A stretch of 64,000 bases of DNA. Source: Eutreptiella sp. 'Long Island Sound 2002' (Eukaryota > Protista > Euglenida). The stretch's first letter is position 1; every line of letters begins with the position of its first letter. The stretch covers positions 806,001-870,000 of the forward strand of contig OZ038378.1 of the NCBI GenBank assembly GCA_964036045.1. Reading direction: 5' to 3'. Under the pieces are notes generated by a model. The model ran no database searches. It had not been told where the DNA came from and worked only from the letters and a program-made list of their open reading frames with translations. Below, piece by piece: positions 35,016 to 46,499 of this stretch. A program made the translations under genes and the position numbers.

Positions 35016-36008
35016 GGTAGAACACTTGGTGAATGGCCCATTTAGCGTGCCCCTTGCAATGTTTGCAGCATGTGGGGAAATTGCACAGCCTATCAAGAAA
35101 GCTAATCTGTGCAAAATGTAGTTGGATGCGTAGCCTGCTGCACAAGCGCTTGTGTGTGGTGTCAGCATAACGATTTTCAACCATGGAGAAAACGCAACAA
35201 AGAAGCACCATGTTACAGTAGCAACAAACTGACCCAGACACAAGAATTTTTGTTCGCCTATTAGGGCGCCATTGAGCAACACCGTAAGCAGCCAAATAGA
35301 TGGCCAATGAGGTCTTGCCACCATATAAGAGGGGTATAGGCTCAGATTCACCAAAACCCTAAACTTTTATTACCGTATATTTGTTGCAGAGCCCCCTACT
35401 CATATCCAGAATATGCAACCAAGTACTTTCCTATTGTGGTATGAGGTATGAGCTCTAAGGCCATTCTGCCAGCAATCAAGGACCTGTACAAAAATTTATG
35501 GAGGTGCCGTATGGTAGCACCGCAAAACTGCTTTCGTGTACCCAATGGACTATGCAGGTTCTCCTAATTCTCCATCTCTGCCCTACCTCAAACCCTACAA
35601 AGACTCTGCAAATGACATGGCCTGTCTAAGGCAGGCTGTTACTGGCCACACCATCGTTTACTTATTTCATCATGTTGTTGCTTGCATGTGGAGGTGAAGA
35701 GAAGGGAAAAGGAGGTGGTAGTCTCTTTTTTTTTGTTTCGGGGGGGGGGGTCAAGTCTCCATGCGACCTTGCTACCTGACTGGTTCCCCTCCAATACCCC
35801 TGCCGCTTTACGACGGTGGGCAACACAAACGTTTGCATCAGAACTGCGCCAACCGCCTACCACCCCCCTTTGGCATTCCTACACTTATTAGCAATCTCCG
35901 TGGTGTTTACAGCACTTTTCACACCATCGCGCCCCACGTTTTTGGCTCTGCGCTTGCGCACACTACATCCCAAGTTAATGAAAACTCGACTCAGAAAATG
36001 GTCAAAAA

Positions 36009-36231
36009 ACTCTATTGCCTTCGGCAGTGCACCTCGAAGAGAGGCTGACAGTCAGCCAATCAGTCAGTCAGCCAGGCCAGCAGTCAGTCGGACAGAAACA
36101 CACAGTTTGGGTTTTGTGTCAGTGGCAGACTGGGCTCCAAGCAGTGGGGTGGACAGTCGTCCTCAGGGTAAGCTGTGGTCGAATGGTAATGCAGCCAACC
36201 ACAGACTGTTTGGTCGGCGGTTCGAACCCCT
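36009..36231 (+). mobile_element. SINE-like family A, copy 2, with tRNA-like A/B boxes
   Basis: TGGTCGAATGGTAA (A-box-like) and GGTTCGAACCC (B-box); interrupted right after the B-box by a GGGGG-ended element. Confidence 0.7.
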
Positions 36232-36992
36232 GGGGGAGTTGTTGCACGGTGCGCGCACGGTGCGTGCACGGTGCGCGCACGGGTCAATGTTTGTGGAATG
36301 TTCACCCAGCTTCTACCCCGTTGAACAACACCCAGGGTCCCAATTTCTGCACCTTGCAGCCCTTGCTGGCATCCCAGAATTTTTTGTTTTTTGTTCTGAT
36401 GCTTGGCACAGGTAATTTCTGCACCTTGCAGCTCTTGCTAGTAAACCAGAATTGAACTGAAATTCTCCACGAAGACGTGGCGTTCCAAAGGTCGGGTTGC
36501 AAGCCAGGCACCAGTTCGAACCTTAGCCACCCAATTTTAGGTTTATGTGGTTGTATACAAGCAGGGAAATATGCACTGGCCTGATGCATGAAAGCCTTCC
36601 CCCGCACAGTGAAGGGTTGTGCCCAAGCGGGAGGGGACAAGACGCACAGAGAGGGGTTTATTTTCAGTGGAGTCTCCACCACGTTCTCTCAGACCCTATG
36701 CGTGCCACGGCGTCATCTCGCATCCCCCTTTCTGGGTGAAGAACCGCTCCCCTCTTACCGGAGCACTCAGCCAACCGAATGCACCGTTAAATAGAAAGAA
36801 AGGAAAATTGGGAAAAGGAATTTTTCAAAAAGGGGGCAACCAATGGTCAACCAACAGCTGAATAGCTGTCCTGCATGCACAACAACCATGAAGAGCCCAA
36901 TTTCGTGGAAAAAAATCAGGCGTTCTGGATCTGGATAATAAACAATACCCAAAAGTATGCACGGTGCACGCACGGATCAAGCAACAGCCCCC
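36232..36992. mobile_element. GGGGG-ended PIF/Harbinger-like derivative with GCACGGTGCG repeats
   Basis: Left GGGGGAGTTGTTGC, right GCAACAGCCCCC; 10-bp repeats at 36243-36280 and 36958-36975 in the same orientation; flanks CCT / CTT (one mismatch). Confidence 0.5.
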
Positions 36993-37038
36993 CTTGTGGG
37001 GGAAAATGGCGGCGGCACCGCCAATGACAGTTGCCCGA

Positions 37039-37099
37039 GAAGGATTCGAACCGCCGACCAAAAAGTCTGCAGCCGGCTGCATTACCATTCGATTGGGGC
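37039..37099 (-). pseudogene. tRNA-derived sequence (tRNA-Cys-like loop CTGCAGA), SINE-associated, not an intact tRNA
   Basis: Minus strand TCGAATGGTAATGCAGCCGGCTGCAGACTTTTTGGTCGGCGGTTCGAATCC; anticodon and acceptor stems do not pair. Confidence 0.55.
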
Positions 37100-38838
37100 T
37101 TATTGTGACAGCGATGTGCCTCCCCACTGCTTGGAGCCTTCTGACCACAAACTTTTGACACCCCCCCCATCCCCCACCTCTCCCCCCCCTCAAAAAAGTC
37201 ATATCCAGTTTTGGGGGATAGAGTCCTCAGAATCAAAAACTCCATTGGGGGATTGTCTTATTGGGCAAAATAAGGATTTTACAAGGGGTTGGACATCCAA
37301 TATCATGCCTTGGGGTATGCTATGCAAATGACCCCCAAAAAGATGGGGTATATGACGCCCGCGCCTGCGCTTGATCTAACAACCTCTCTTCAAGGTGATT
37401 CCTGTTCAGAGAAAGATTTCAACAGCAGGATGCTCCAACAAGGCTGGTTCAGGTTATGGAGAAATGATCGTGTACAGCAAGCCAGTGCTTTGTCTTATGT
37501 GTGCCCTGCTTTTGTTGATAGAGTCCTTCGTGTCCATCGGGAGTGGGGGAAATGCGATTTTGCAGGGTAGAGTGGAATGGTTGTCCCCCTGCTCCTGATT
37601 GTGGAAGCACCACTTGAAAAGGCCGCATTCAGGGTCTGCTGCGTGTGAGGTTGTGTCCCCTGCGGCGCGGTGCATTTCCAAGCATCGCCCCATTCCGTGC
37701 TGGCGCCGGCAGAGGCTTCATACGCAGTTGTTCCCATGCTCGTGAAATCCGGAAGGCGCTGTCCAGCACATCTGATGCGGGGCGGGTAATACCAGACCAC
37801 AGAGTGTCACCCAAGCGGTGTGCTGCATTATCCAGAACATTGCATTCAGCCCTTTGATGATGCTGGCGCAGTGTGGACCACCCCCTGAGCCATGGTCACG
37901 TGCAAGAAAGCGTCGGGTAGTGATTGTGCATGTTTGCATGTGTGTGGGGGGGGCAGCTACTCCAACAGCGTGTGAGGGAGAGCAGCACTGCTGGTGATGG
38001 TACGGGTTGTGGTGGTGGTGGTGGTGCCGTGTGGGTGGCATGTAGGGATTGGAGTGGTGGCGATATGGTGGTGGGGGGGGTGATGGCAGTGGTGCTGGTG
38101 ATGATAGTGGTGGCGGTCGAGGGCGTGGTACGGGTGGTGATCCGGGTGGTGGGGTGTGGGTGTGGGGGTGGCGCTGCTGCCATCCACGGTCGGCTGCATA
38201 GCACCTGCCCCACCCCGACTGCCCTCACCGAACCACAAATTCCCTGGTAATTACCGCCGGTCTGCCATCAACCACACTCCCGCCTCACCCCAGCGGACGG
38301 CGGACTGCGTGTGTTCAGGGGGTGGATAGAGGCATGACCGAAAACTACAGTGGCGCACTACGATAGGGGTGGGCGGGTTTCCAACTCCAGGGATCAATGG
38401 TCGGTATCGATCGACTGAATGTCCCCGCCATAGACACTTTCAGCCACTGGTCCATAGGTTCTCGCACAATTGCATGTGTCCCCTTCCAACTTCGGGGGGG
38501 GGGGGGATCGATACAGCCCTCTAGCTAGGCCGCCCCCCCCCCCCCCTAAAAGGCTCAATTGACCCCCCCCCCCCCAAGAATCATACCAAGACTGACCCCC
38601 AGGCCCCGGAGGTGCAGCACGTCCAGGGGGTGCAGAAAATGCATCATTTGTATTTGGTGACAACAAAAATTTTGGGAATTTTCAATGCTCACCAATTTTT
38701 CAGAGCCTTTGGCGCCACAGTTCATCATAACTGATCACTGGACCTGTTGATTGAGCCCTGTTGCTGAACCTTACCCCCCAGGTTTTGGGGGGTTCAACCC
38801 CCCCCCACCCCCCCTCCCAACTTGAAAACCCGGTTCCC

Positions 38839-41800
38839 CTAGACCCCTTGCTTTTTTTGGGCAGCAGCAGCTGCCGCCGCCGCCTCTGCTGCAGCAGCTG
38901 CAGCAGTGGCTGCCGCCTCTGCCGCCTGCGCCGCGGCAGAGGCCGTTCCCGCTGCCAGTGCTGCGGCCTCTGCAGTCCGGGCGGTTGCCGCGGTTGCCGC
39001 CGCCGTTGCCGCGGACGCCGCTGCCGCCGCCGCCGTTGTTGCCGCAGCAGATGTCACTGCAGCTGCGGAGGCTGCCAAGGGCGCTTCTGCCGCGACTGCA
39101 GCCGCCCTCACGGCAAAGGCAGCGGCTCGTGCTGCCGCGGACGCTGCTGCTTGGGCTGCTGTGGCAGCTACTGCCACAGGCGCTGCTGGGTCTGCTAATG
39201 TCTGCTGGTTCCCGTCGATCCCCCTCACCTGCTCACCCTCTTTGTGCCTTGTCCACTCCTCCCACCGCTTGTCTTCATCCGTGTCCAACGCCCCTTGCGT
39301 CGGCCGCCTTATGTCCCTTGACAATGCCCTGTGCACATCCCTCTTCCGCCCCCTCGCCGTGTGCTTCTTCCTCGACACTTCCCTCTCCCTCTCCCCCGCC
39401 CTCGCCCTGCTGCAGTCTCTCTCTACGGACCGTTCCCTCGCTATGTCACTGTCTTCGAACATCTCCATCATCAGTTCCTCAGCCCGTCTTCTCTCCCTTT
39501 CCTGTTCTGCCTGCCTGTCCCTCTCGCTCTCGCTCTCCTTCGCCGTCGCCTTCGCTGATTCCCTCGCAGCGCCCTTCTCCCTCTCCGGCCCGTAACCCCT
39601 CTCCCTGTCATCCCACCGTTCCTCCACCAACCATGTTCCCCTCTTCTTCTCCTCCCCTCTTCCACTGCAGATCTCCTTCTCCGTTACGCTGCCACTGTCG
39701 CGTTCATTCTCGATCTGCTTTGCTTTCTGTAGTTCGATGGATTTGTCCCTCTGAATCGCCATCCCCACACGCGCACGTCCTGACCAACGGACGTTCTCCA
39801 TCATGTCTATTCTGGGGTTCTTGTTGTCCTTCTCCATCTCCGTCTCCAGGGGCTTCTCAGTCTCCTTCCTCGTCCTGCTCTGGCCCCCTCTTTCCCCACC
39901 GTTGTCCAATGCCATCCGCAGCTGCATGTGCATCCCCATCTCCCTCTTACCATCCTTGCTCAGCTCGCACCCCTCCTCAACTTGCATTGCCATCCCCCTC
40001 CCTCCCCGCTGCCTCTCCGAATCAGCCGCCCCCTCCACTTGCCTTTTCCCGTCCCTCTTCAACTCCTGCCCGCCCTCCAACCTCTCTGTCCGGAGCTTCT
40101 CCACCATGTGCGTTGCCCCTTCGGTCGTCTCCCTATCGCTGTCCCTTCCCAATGCTCTCTCCTCGCCCCTTCTCTCCCCATCTTTTGCCCTCACCAGTGA
40201 CAGCCTCAGCGGTGCCGTGTCTTTCGCCTTTGCCGTTTCCCGCTCTATCCCAGTTACCATGGCCACCAGCCCCTGCCTCCTCTCCTCCCCGTTGTTCTCG
40301 TTGCCCCGGTCCTTGTCCTGCTGCACTGGATCCGCCTGCTTCTCCCTCTCGCTCGCCTTCCCAGTAAATGCCACAGGCGCCACTGGCACTGCAGAAACTT
40401 TACCTCCAACAGCCGAATACATACCCGAAGGACTGGACTCGGCGTCGGAGCCGGGGTGCGGGCTCGGGTCAGGGCTGAAAGTAATTTTCGATTCGGACTT
40501 CAGGTCATGAACAGGGTGAGCCCCAGCATTGAGGCCAGGGCCAGGGTCAGGGTGAAGGGCGATCAGATGCGGAGGGTCAAATGTACAGCCAGGGCGGTCC
40601 TCGCTGAGTGGACGCGGCGCTCGCAGACTTGCCGTTGCAGCCAAGGTTAGGGCAAGGGCCACCCCAGTGGCCTGTTGCAAGCTGCTGAAGATACTGGCAT
40701 CTGCAGCATCTGAAGCACAGGCAGCCTCGCCTGCACCATTGGTCTCTGCGTCATGATGCGGTGGTGACCAAACTGGGCGTACCCCACGTGGATTGCCCTC
40801 ATCCCTTGGCCAGATACTGAGGGCCCCAGCCGGGCGAGTCGCGGACTCTGCGGGAGGGACTGGGATGGAGCCATTTGCAGGGACCGAGACTGCCGTTTGT
40901 GTCTGCTGTCCCTTTGAGCTCTGCGTCTCGTCCGCGTCGTCCTCTCTCTGCACCCTTTGCCATGCTGCTTCCGCCTCCTTCGCCTTGACCTTTGCCGATC
41001 CACTCGCCTGCCTTGCACACCCGTGTGTGTGTGAAGCATCCGTCCCTCTGCCGGCCAGCTCCTCTTCTTTGTCCGTCATCTGAGCCCCATTGTTTATCGC
41101 TGTGTTCCTCTTGTCTGCTGCTCCCTCTGATCGCCGCAGAAGCTCCAACTCTGGGGGGCTGGGGCCCGGTTTGCGGCAAACTATTGGGAAACTCGACGAA
41201 GAACAGCCGCGGAGTGAACTTTCCTGCTCCTTCACGTGTCGTAGGACCTTTTCGCTGGGGAGGGGCTGCTGGCGCGGCCTGAGGTGAGTGGGGTGCGCCT
41301 CCCCCACACCGCCTGTGGCTGGAGCTGGGGGTCGGGCTGTTATTGGGGCTCCTGGGGCTGGGGCGGAGGTAGTGGCTGAGGGTAGCGCTGGAGCTGGGCC
41401 TGGCACGAGGGCTAGGACTGTGGCTGGGCTTTTGAGAGGGGCTGGGACGGAGGCTGGGGCTGCAGAGGGGACTGCGACGAGAGTTGGGGCAGTGGCTGAG
41501 ACATGGGGTGCAGCTGGGGCTGCCATTGAGACCGGGGCTGGGGCTGGGGGCGCCATGCGGGAATCTCGTTTATCAGTCGCAGTCGTGGGCTGCAGCTCCA
41601 TTGCGTTGGTGCACCAGCCCTTGGTCTCGCATGCCTCAGCGGAACAAGCGCTCGAGGGTCGCTTGACAGGACTGCGTTCGGGGGTGCGCGGAGACATAGG
41701 TGGGGTGCTCGGAGGGGTGCTGGGAGGGGTACTTGCTGGGCTACTCCCAGGAGGTGCCCTCCCAGGGGGTTGCAGCAGCACCCACAAATCCCAACTCCCG

Positions 41801-44130
41801 TAGCAGTCCGTGTGCTCAACAACACGAAACCTCTTGTTGGTCTGTATCCAGGCTCTGATGCCTGCGTCGACAGCCACCAAGTCACTGAGTCGGCACGCTC
41901 CCCCAGAGGCCCGGATGAGCATCACAAGCTCCTGTTCCACTTTGCATCCGGAAAATCCTTGCTCTCCATGGTCCGCCATCACAGTTGCAGCTGCCGCAAC
42001 AACTGAGGCTGCACCTGCAGCAACAGCCTTGTGATCGAAATGGTTCCATTGTAACTTGTCCTTCTGCTCCTGCTGCTGCTGCTGCTGATCCCTCTCCTCA
42101 AACTTGTCCTGCAGCACACTTTGCAAACCCTCTTGCTCTTGTGGCAGCTGCTGGTGCCGCATCTCCTCCTCCTGCCCCTCAGGCTTCTCTCCGGCCGCCG
42201 CCGTTGCCACTAGATGCTGCTCTGCCTGTCTCTGCTGGTCCTGCGCCTCTTCCTCATCTTGCTGCTGCTGCTGTTGCCTCTTGTCGTCCTCGTCCTCCTC
42301 ACCCTTTTCACACCCAAGCTGCTCCCCTTCCCCTCCGTTCTTCCTTCCCCTCCTTCCCCTCCTTCCCCTTGTTCTCTTCTTCCTTCCGTCATATTCCACC
42401 CCCGCTTCCTCCTCCTCTGGCCGCTGCTGTTCCTGCTGCTGCCGCTCCTTCGCTTGCTGCTGCTCGTGCTGCTGCTGCTTCTTCTCTATCTGCTGCTGCT
42501 GCCACTCCGCCTCCTTCTCCTCTTGCTGCTGCTGCGCTTCTTGCTCGTCCTGCTCTGCCTCCTGCTGCTGCCGGCGCCGCCGCTGCTGCTGATCGCCCCC
42601 CTCACCCTCATCTTGTTGCTGCTGCTGCTGTTCTTCGTTCCCTTGCTTTGACTGCTGCGGCTGCAGCTGCGGCGACACGCGATGCAAGGCCGCGGCACAC
42701 AGCGTACTGCCACGTGGGGATGCCGGCAGTTCAAGATGCCGAGGAGGTACACACGGACCCGCTGCCACGTGCTGCAGCGTGCTGCGGGCCTGGCAGGCGC
42801 CTGCATCGCACACAGCCCCGTGGCCTTCCAAACCGACCTCTTGGGCACTCGGCTGCGGCTGCTGCTGCTCAAGCTCCTCATGCTCGCGCCTATCCTCATG
42901 CTCGTGCTTATCCTCATGCTCCACCTCCTCCGGGTCGTGCTGCTGCTCATCCCCGGGCGCTTCCTCCTCCCGCTGCTGTGGCTCCTGCTCCTCCAGCCCC
43001 CCTGCCTCCCGCTCCTTGACCTCCCCTTCCTGCCCCTTCTCCTCGCCCTGTTCCTGCTGCTGCTCGCCCGCCTCATTTCGCGGTCCCTCCTCGTCCTCTT
43101 TCCCCTTCTCCCCGTCCCTATGCCCCTGCCCTGGCTGTTGCTTCTGCATGTCCTGCAAAGGCCGGAGCAGCAAGAATTCCTTCTGCTGCTGCTCAAGCTG
43201 CAGCCTCTCCTTTCGCATCTTCCTCCGTGCACTCCTTGTCATCGCGGCGTGCTGCTCGGGCTCCTCCTGCTGGCCCTCCCGTGCCTCATGTTGCGCCACC
43301 TTGACTTCTGGCTCCTGGACGCCGCTCTCCTGAGGCTCCACGGCCAAGTCCGTTTTCGTGCTCCCGGCATGAGGGGGCCCATCCGCTCCACGAAGCCCAC
43401 TCCTCAGGGCCGAGCGCAGCTGCTCACCATCCAGCTTTAGCCCCAGATCCCTCTTGGGCACGAAAGGGTCCTCGATCACGACTGCGCTGTCGGTGCCGGG
43501 GTCCACCACGTCCCCCTCCCCGCGCTGCACGCGGCGTCCCAGCCGCACCGACACCACCTCGGCCTGCCAGCGGAAGTCGTGCAGGTAAAACGCGCAGAAC
43601 CCGGAGAACAGCTCCCCCACAGTGCCAGGGCCGGCGGCCGCGTGTCTGTCCCGCAGCGCCTTCAGCAGCGGCTCCGGAAGATCCCCCTTGCCCCAGAGGT
43701 GCTTGGGCACGAGCGCCTGCAGCGAGGGCAACGCAAACGGCCCCACCTGCAGGAAGTGCAGCGCCATGAGGACGACGGCGAGGGAGGACAGATAGCCGTC
43801 CGCCGCGCCGCACAGGCCGGCCTGCCGCGCCCAGCGCTTCACGCGCACGCCCAGGGCCTGCACGCGGGCGTCCCAGTGGGCGTAGCTCCGGAGCAGGTGC
43901 GTGTTGGCCAGGGGCTGGAGGTTGTTGATGGTGAGGCGGATGGGCCGCGGGGTGCAGGGGTGCTCGAGGTGCAGGATGCCGGCGGGGGAGGGGGACATCG
44001 CGAAGGGCGGGCACAGGCACCGCGCGAGGCAGTGCAGCCAGGCGCGGGCGTGGGGCCGGTACCAGCAGACGGGGGGACGGCCGGAGCTGGTCTCGATGCG
44101 CAGCGTGACGTCGATTTCGGATGCCTCGTC
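38839..44130 (-). CDS. Large exon of a Cid1/TUTase/PAP-like nucleotidyltransferase-fold protein with a roughly 1500-aa low-complexity tail
   Basis: CAG acceptor at 44131-44133; DEASEIDV...LTINNLQPLANTHLLRSY...LGVRVKRWARQAGL...GYLSSLAVVLMALHFLQ...GELFSGFCAFY...VVIEDPF (NTase plus PAP-associated motifs); then Q/E-rich, P/A-rich, charged and Ala-rich blocks. The 3' end may splice on at GG|GTCTAG. Confidence 0.88.
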   Translation of the reverse strand, partial: DEASEIDVTLRIETSSGRPPVCWYRPHARAWLHCLARCLCPPFAMSPSPAGILHLEHPCTPRPIRLTINNLQPLANTHLLRSYAHWDARVQALGVRVKRWARQAGLCGAADGYLSSLAVVLMALHFLQVGPFALPSLQALVPKHLWGKGDLPEPLLKALRDRHAAAGPGTVGELFSGFCAFYLHDFRWQAEVVSVRLGRRVQRGEGDVVDPGTDSAVVIEDPFVPKRDLGLKLDGEQLRSALRSGLRGADGPPHAGSTKTDLAVEPQESGVQEPEVKVAQHEAREGQQEEPEQHAAMTRSARRKMRKERLQLEQQQKEFLLLRPLQDMQKQQPGQGHRDGEKGKEDEEGPRNEAGEQQQEQGEEKGQEGEVKEREAGGLEEQEPQQREEEAPGDEQQHDPEEVEHEDKHEHEDRREHEELEQQQPQPSAQEVGLEGHGAVCDAGACQARSTLQHVAAGPCVPPRHLELPASPRGSTLCAAALHRVSPQLQPQQSKQGNEEQQQQQQDEGEGGDQQQRRRRQQQEAEQDEQEAQQQQEEKEAEWQQQQIEKKQQQHEQQQAKERQQQEQQRPEEEEAGVEYDGRKKRTRGRRGRRGRKNGGEGEQLGCEKGEEDEDDKRQQQQQQDEEEAQDQQRQAEQHLVATAAAGEKPEGQEEEMRHQQLPQEQEGLQSVLQDKFEERDQQQQQQEQKDKLQWNHFDHKAVAAGAASVVAAAATVMADHGEQGFSGCKVEQELVMLIRASGGACRLSDLVAVDAGIRAWIQTNKRFRVVEHTDCYGSWDLWVLLQPPGRAPPGSSPASTPPSTPPSTPPMSPRTPERSPVKRPSSACSAEACETKGWCTNAMELQPTTATDKRDSRMAPPAPAPVSMAAPAAPHVSATAPTLVAVPSAAPASVPAPLKSPATVLALVPGPAPALPSATTSAPAPGAPITARPPAPATGGVGEAHPTHLRPRQQPLPSEKVLRHVKEQESSLRGCSSSSFPIVCRKPGPSPPELELLRRSEGAADKRNTAINNGAQMTDKEEELAGRGTDASHTHGCARQASGSAKVKAKEAEAAWQRVQREDDADETQSSKGQQTQTAVSVPANGSIPVPPAESATRPAGALSIWPRDEGNPRGVRPVWSPPHHDAETNGAGEAACASDAADASIFSSLQQATGVALALTLAATASLRAPRPLSEDRPGCTFDPPHLIALHPDPGPGLNAGAHPVHDLKSESKITFSPDPSPHPGSDAESSPSGMYSAVGGKVSAVPVAPVAFTGKASEREKQADPVQQDKDRGNENNGEERRQGLVAMVTGIERETAKAKDTAPLRLSLVRAKDGERRGEERALGRDSDRETTEGATHMVEKLRTERLEGGQELKRDGKRQVEGAADSERQRGGRGMAMQVEEGCELSKDGKREMGMHMQLRMALDNGGERGGQSRTRKETEKPLETEMEKDNKNPRIDMMENVRWSGRARVGMAIQRDKSIELQKAKQIENERDSGSVTEKEICSGRGEEKKRGTWLVEERWDDRERGYGPEREKGAARESAKATAKESESERDRQAEQERERRRAEELMMEMFEDSDIARERSVERDCSRARAGEREREVSRKKHTARGRKRDVHRALSRDIRRPTQGALDTDEDKRWEEWTRHKEGEQVRGIDGNQQTLADPAAPVAVAATAAQAAASAAARAAAFAVRAAAVAAEAPLAASAAAVTSAAATTAAAAAASAATAAATAATARTAEAAALAAGTASAAAQAAEAAATAAAAAAEAAAAAAAAQKKQGV

Positions 44131-45158
44131 CTGCGGAACAGGGGGAGGGATTTGGGGTCAAGAGGTGCGGCGCGCGCGGGGGGAGGGGGGGGGGCAAATA
44201 TTGTCGCGGGTTTGGGGGGTGTTTTTGAACTCCCCGTTGCATTCTGAGCATTTTGAATATGCACGAGTCGGGGGGTATTGACATCCCCCACTGAAATGGA
44301 TAGTATATTCAAACCATTGCTGACGTTCAATCACCTCAAAACCTGAAGTCCTGAACCAGGCCTTCCTACGTTTCCCAGGCATTTTACAACACTCCAAGTG
44401 GGGGGCCACCCAAAACCCATGCTCACCTATGCACCATCCACCAAACGGGGGAAAATATGGGGAAAGGATGAGGACAGGATGAGGATGCGGCTAAGGATGA
44501 GAGTGATCGCATAGGAACAGAGAGGGGCAGGAGCAGTGCCGTACGCGAGGAGGCGGGAGGGCTATGCACTGGGAGTGGGGGGGGGGAGGGGCACATTCGC
44601 TTGGGGCGTGGAACCGAATCAAGGTCGGCTAAGCGAAGGTGTAGGTGCCTACTGGGTGGACCCTTCCGTACAGTTGCCCTGTTTAAGACAGTCACCCACC
44701 AAGAGCAACCACTTAAGAGGAGTGGGAAGGAGAGACGATGCAGATCAATGTGTGAAATACGCCCTGCAAAAACGTCTTGTCGCCTATCAATGCCAATGTG
44801 TCCCAGCGTGTGCCAATCACTTCAGAGCGAGAACTGACGGGGGTGCGGGTGGGGTGGGGGGGTGGGAAAGGTCAGGGTTGGGTCCTTGCGCATGCCCCCG
44901 GAGTAGCGGTCATTTGGGGACCGTTCCTCCCGGGGGTTGTGGGGGGGGCTGTCCATCGAGGCGGCGGGGTATAAACGACAGCTGTTCCCATACCAATGCT
45001 TGCGCGGGACCTTCTTCCTCCCAAATTCAGGGCTTGCGCGCCTCCGCCAACAGTTGTATCAACATCTCAGGCCCCGCCCCCGGGTGTGCTTTCTGGTACC
45101 ACCCCAGGTTTGGAGGCTCACGCAAGATACGGCGACAGCCCACGGACCCCGGGGGCTG

Positions 45159-45573
45159 GGCGGGAAGAAAATTGCTCTGCGGGGGGGGGGGGGGGTGACA
45201 CGGAAGCCCATTTTCCCAACCCCCCCCCCTCCTTGGCCGCCGTGACGGGAGGGGGGGGTGCAGGGCGGGGGTGCCCGCCCTGCCGTGCCGGGGGGGGGGG
45301 GGGGGGGTCAACCCAACATCTATGGCTCAAAATGATACCCACGTCGCGCTGATCATTTTGACCACTCAAATGTGGGGGGGGGGGGGGGATTATTGGTGGA
45401 AAAAGCTTTTTCAGGCCAAATTTTGTGTTCCTGCGCCTTTGCCGCCAACATCTGTTCTTACACAAAACAAAGGGCCCGACACGGAACCCCATTTCTCCAA
45501 CCCCCCCCCCCCTCCTTCGGCGGGCGTCTATGTCACCCCCCCCCCCCCCCCGCAGAGCAATTTTCAGGTTGCC
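45159..45573. mobile_element. MITE, second copy of the 22243-22637 family, inside the nucleotidyltransferase intron
   Basis: CTG|GGCGGGAAGAAAATTGCTCT...AGAGCAATTTTCAGGTTGCC|CTG; collinear interior. Confidence 0.85.
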
Positions 45574-45736
45574 CTGTGTGAGTGGGGCAGGTGGTGGACG
45601 CACAGAAGCCCCTGAAGAACGCACTGCGGCGGGGCTGAAGCAGCAATGAATGAGGAATTGGGGCTTCTAAATGGCGGTGCTGGGACGCCTGCCAATGCAA
45701 ACAAACGGTGGATAGTGAGGAAGCGCGGATCGGCAC

Positions 45737-46170
45737 CTCGAAGCCGTCGACGCACGAGCCATAAGGGTGCACCACAACTTGATGGACCCGCAGCCCCGCC
45801 GCTTCCCCGGCGGACCCCGGGAACGGTGCCTGGCATTGGTGGCACGTCGGCGTGTCTGGGGCAGCGGCCGCAGGCTCGAGGGCGCCGCGTGGGAAGGCCT
45901 CCGCAAGGGCTTTGCAGATGACGGAGACGGTGGGCCTGATGGTGCTGAGGTGGCTCACACGCTGCCAACGGCTGCCGGCGCCTGCCCCAAGGTCCCAGAC
46001 GATGCGGGGCTCCGTGAGACCAGAGGGCGCCGGCGGGTGTTGAGGGACGGCGGTGCTCGACGGCTGGAAACTGGTAGCGCCGGGATTCAGGCCCCTTGGG
46101 AATGGGCTCTGCCCCAGGGGCTGTGACTGCGGAGCCTGCACACAACGGTGGGGTTGGTGAGGGCGCGTGG
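45737..46170 (-). CDS. Upstream exon of the nucleotidyltransferase-like gene (5' boundary uncertain; no ATG, so further exon(s) expected)
   Basis: Ends VVVHPYGSCVDGFE|GT; phase-0 join to DEASEIDV gives GS-x10-[E]ID spacing, matching the Cid1-family GS-x10-DxD pattern. Confidence 0.8.
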
Positions 46171-46499
46171 GGTGCACCCGGGCCTGCGGTTGAAGGGGGT
46201 TGGGGGTTCTAGGACCCAACAGTAACAGTGTACGAAAAAAGGGCCCAAAGAAAATTGTCCTTCAGGAAATCACATTTTTTGCGACACCAGAATTTTTGGT
46301 GGTGGGGGCAGGGTCCAGGTGGGCAGCGGGGGGGGCAACACCCATGCCACAGAAGTATTCTAATTCAGGCGGGGCCTAACTGATATTGAGACACCGCCAG
46401 TGTTTTTGCGTCCCGTAGCATACCTTCGCAGGGGTTTCACGTTCATTGCCGTGCTCTGTGACTTTGCTTTGCACAATAAATGTGACATGTGTTGTGCCT

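Noticed and set aside
37896-38230. His/Thr/Pro-rich stretch as a final exon of the nucleotidyltransferase gene
   Set aside because: Possible, but I could not fix an acceptor and phase; it may be simple low-complexity DNA.
38761-43440. Long plus-strand ORFs (for example 38958-40367, 41985-43019, 42682-43440)
   Set aside because: Antisense shadows of the GC-rich, low-complexity minus-strand CDS; no motifs.
46228-46245. TTTTTTCG on the minus strand upstream of the nucleotidyltransferase exon as a third SL relic
   Set aside because: It lacks GTCTA and lies in a GGGCCC-containing repeat context; the match is too short.
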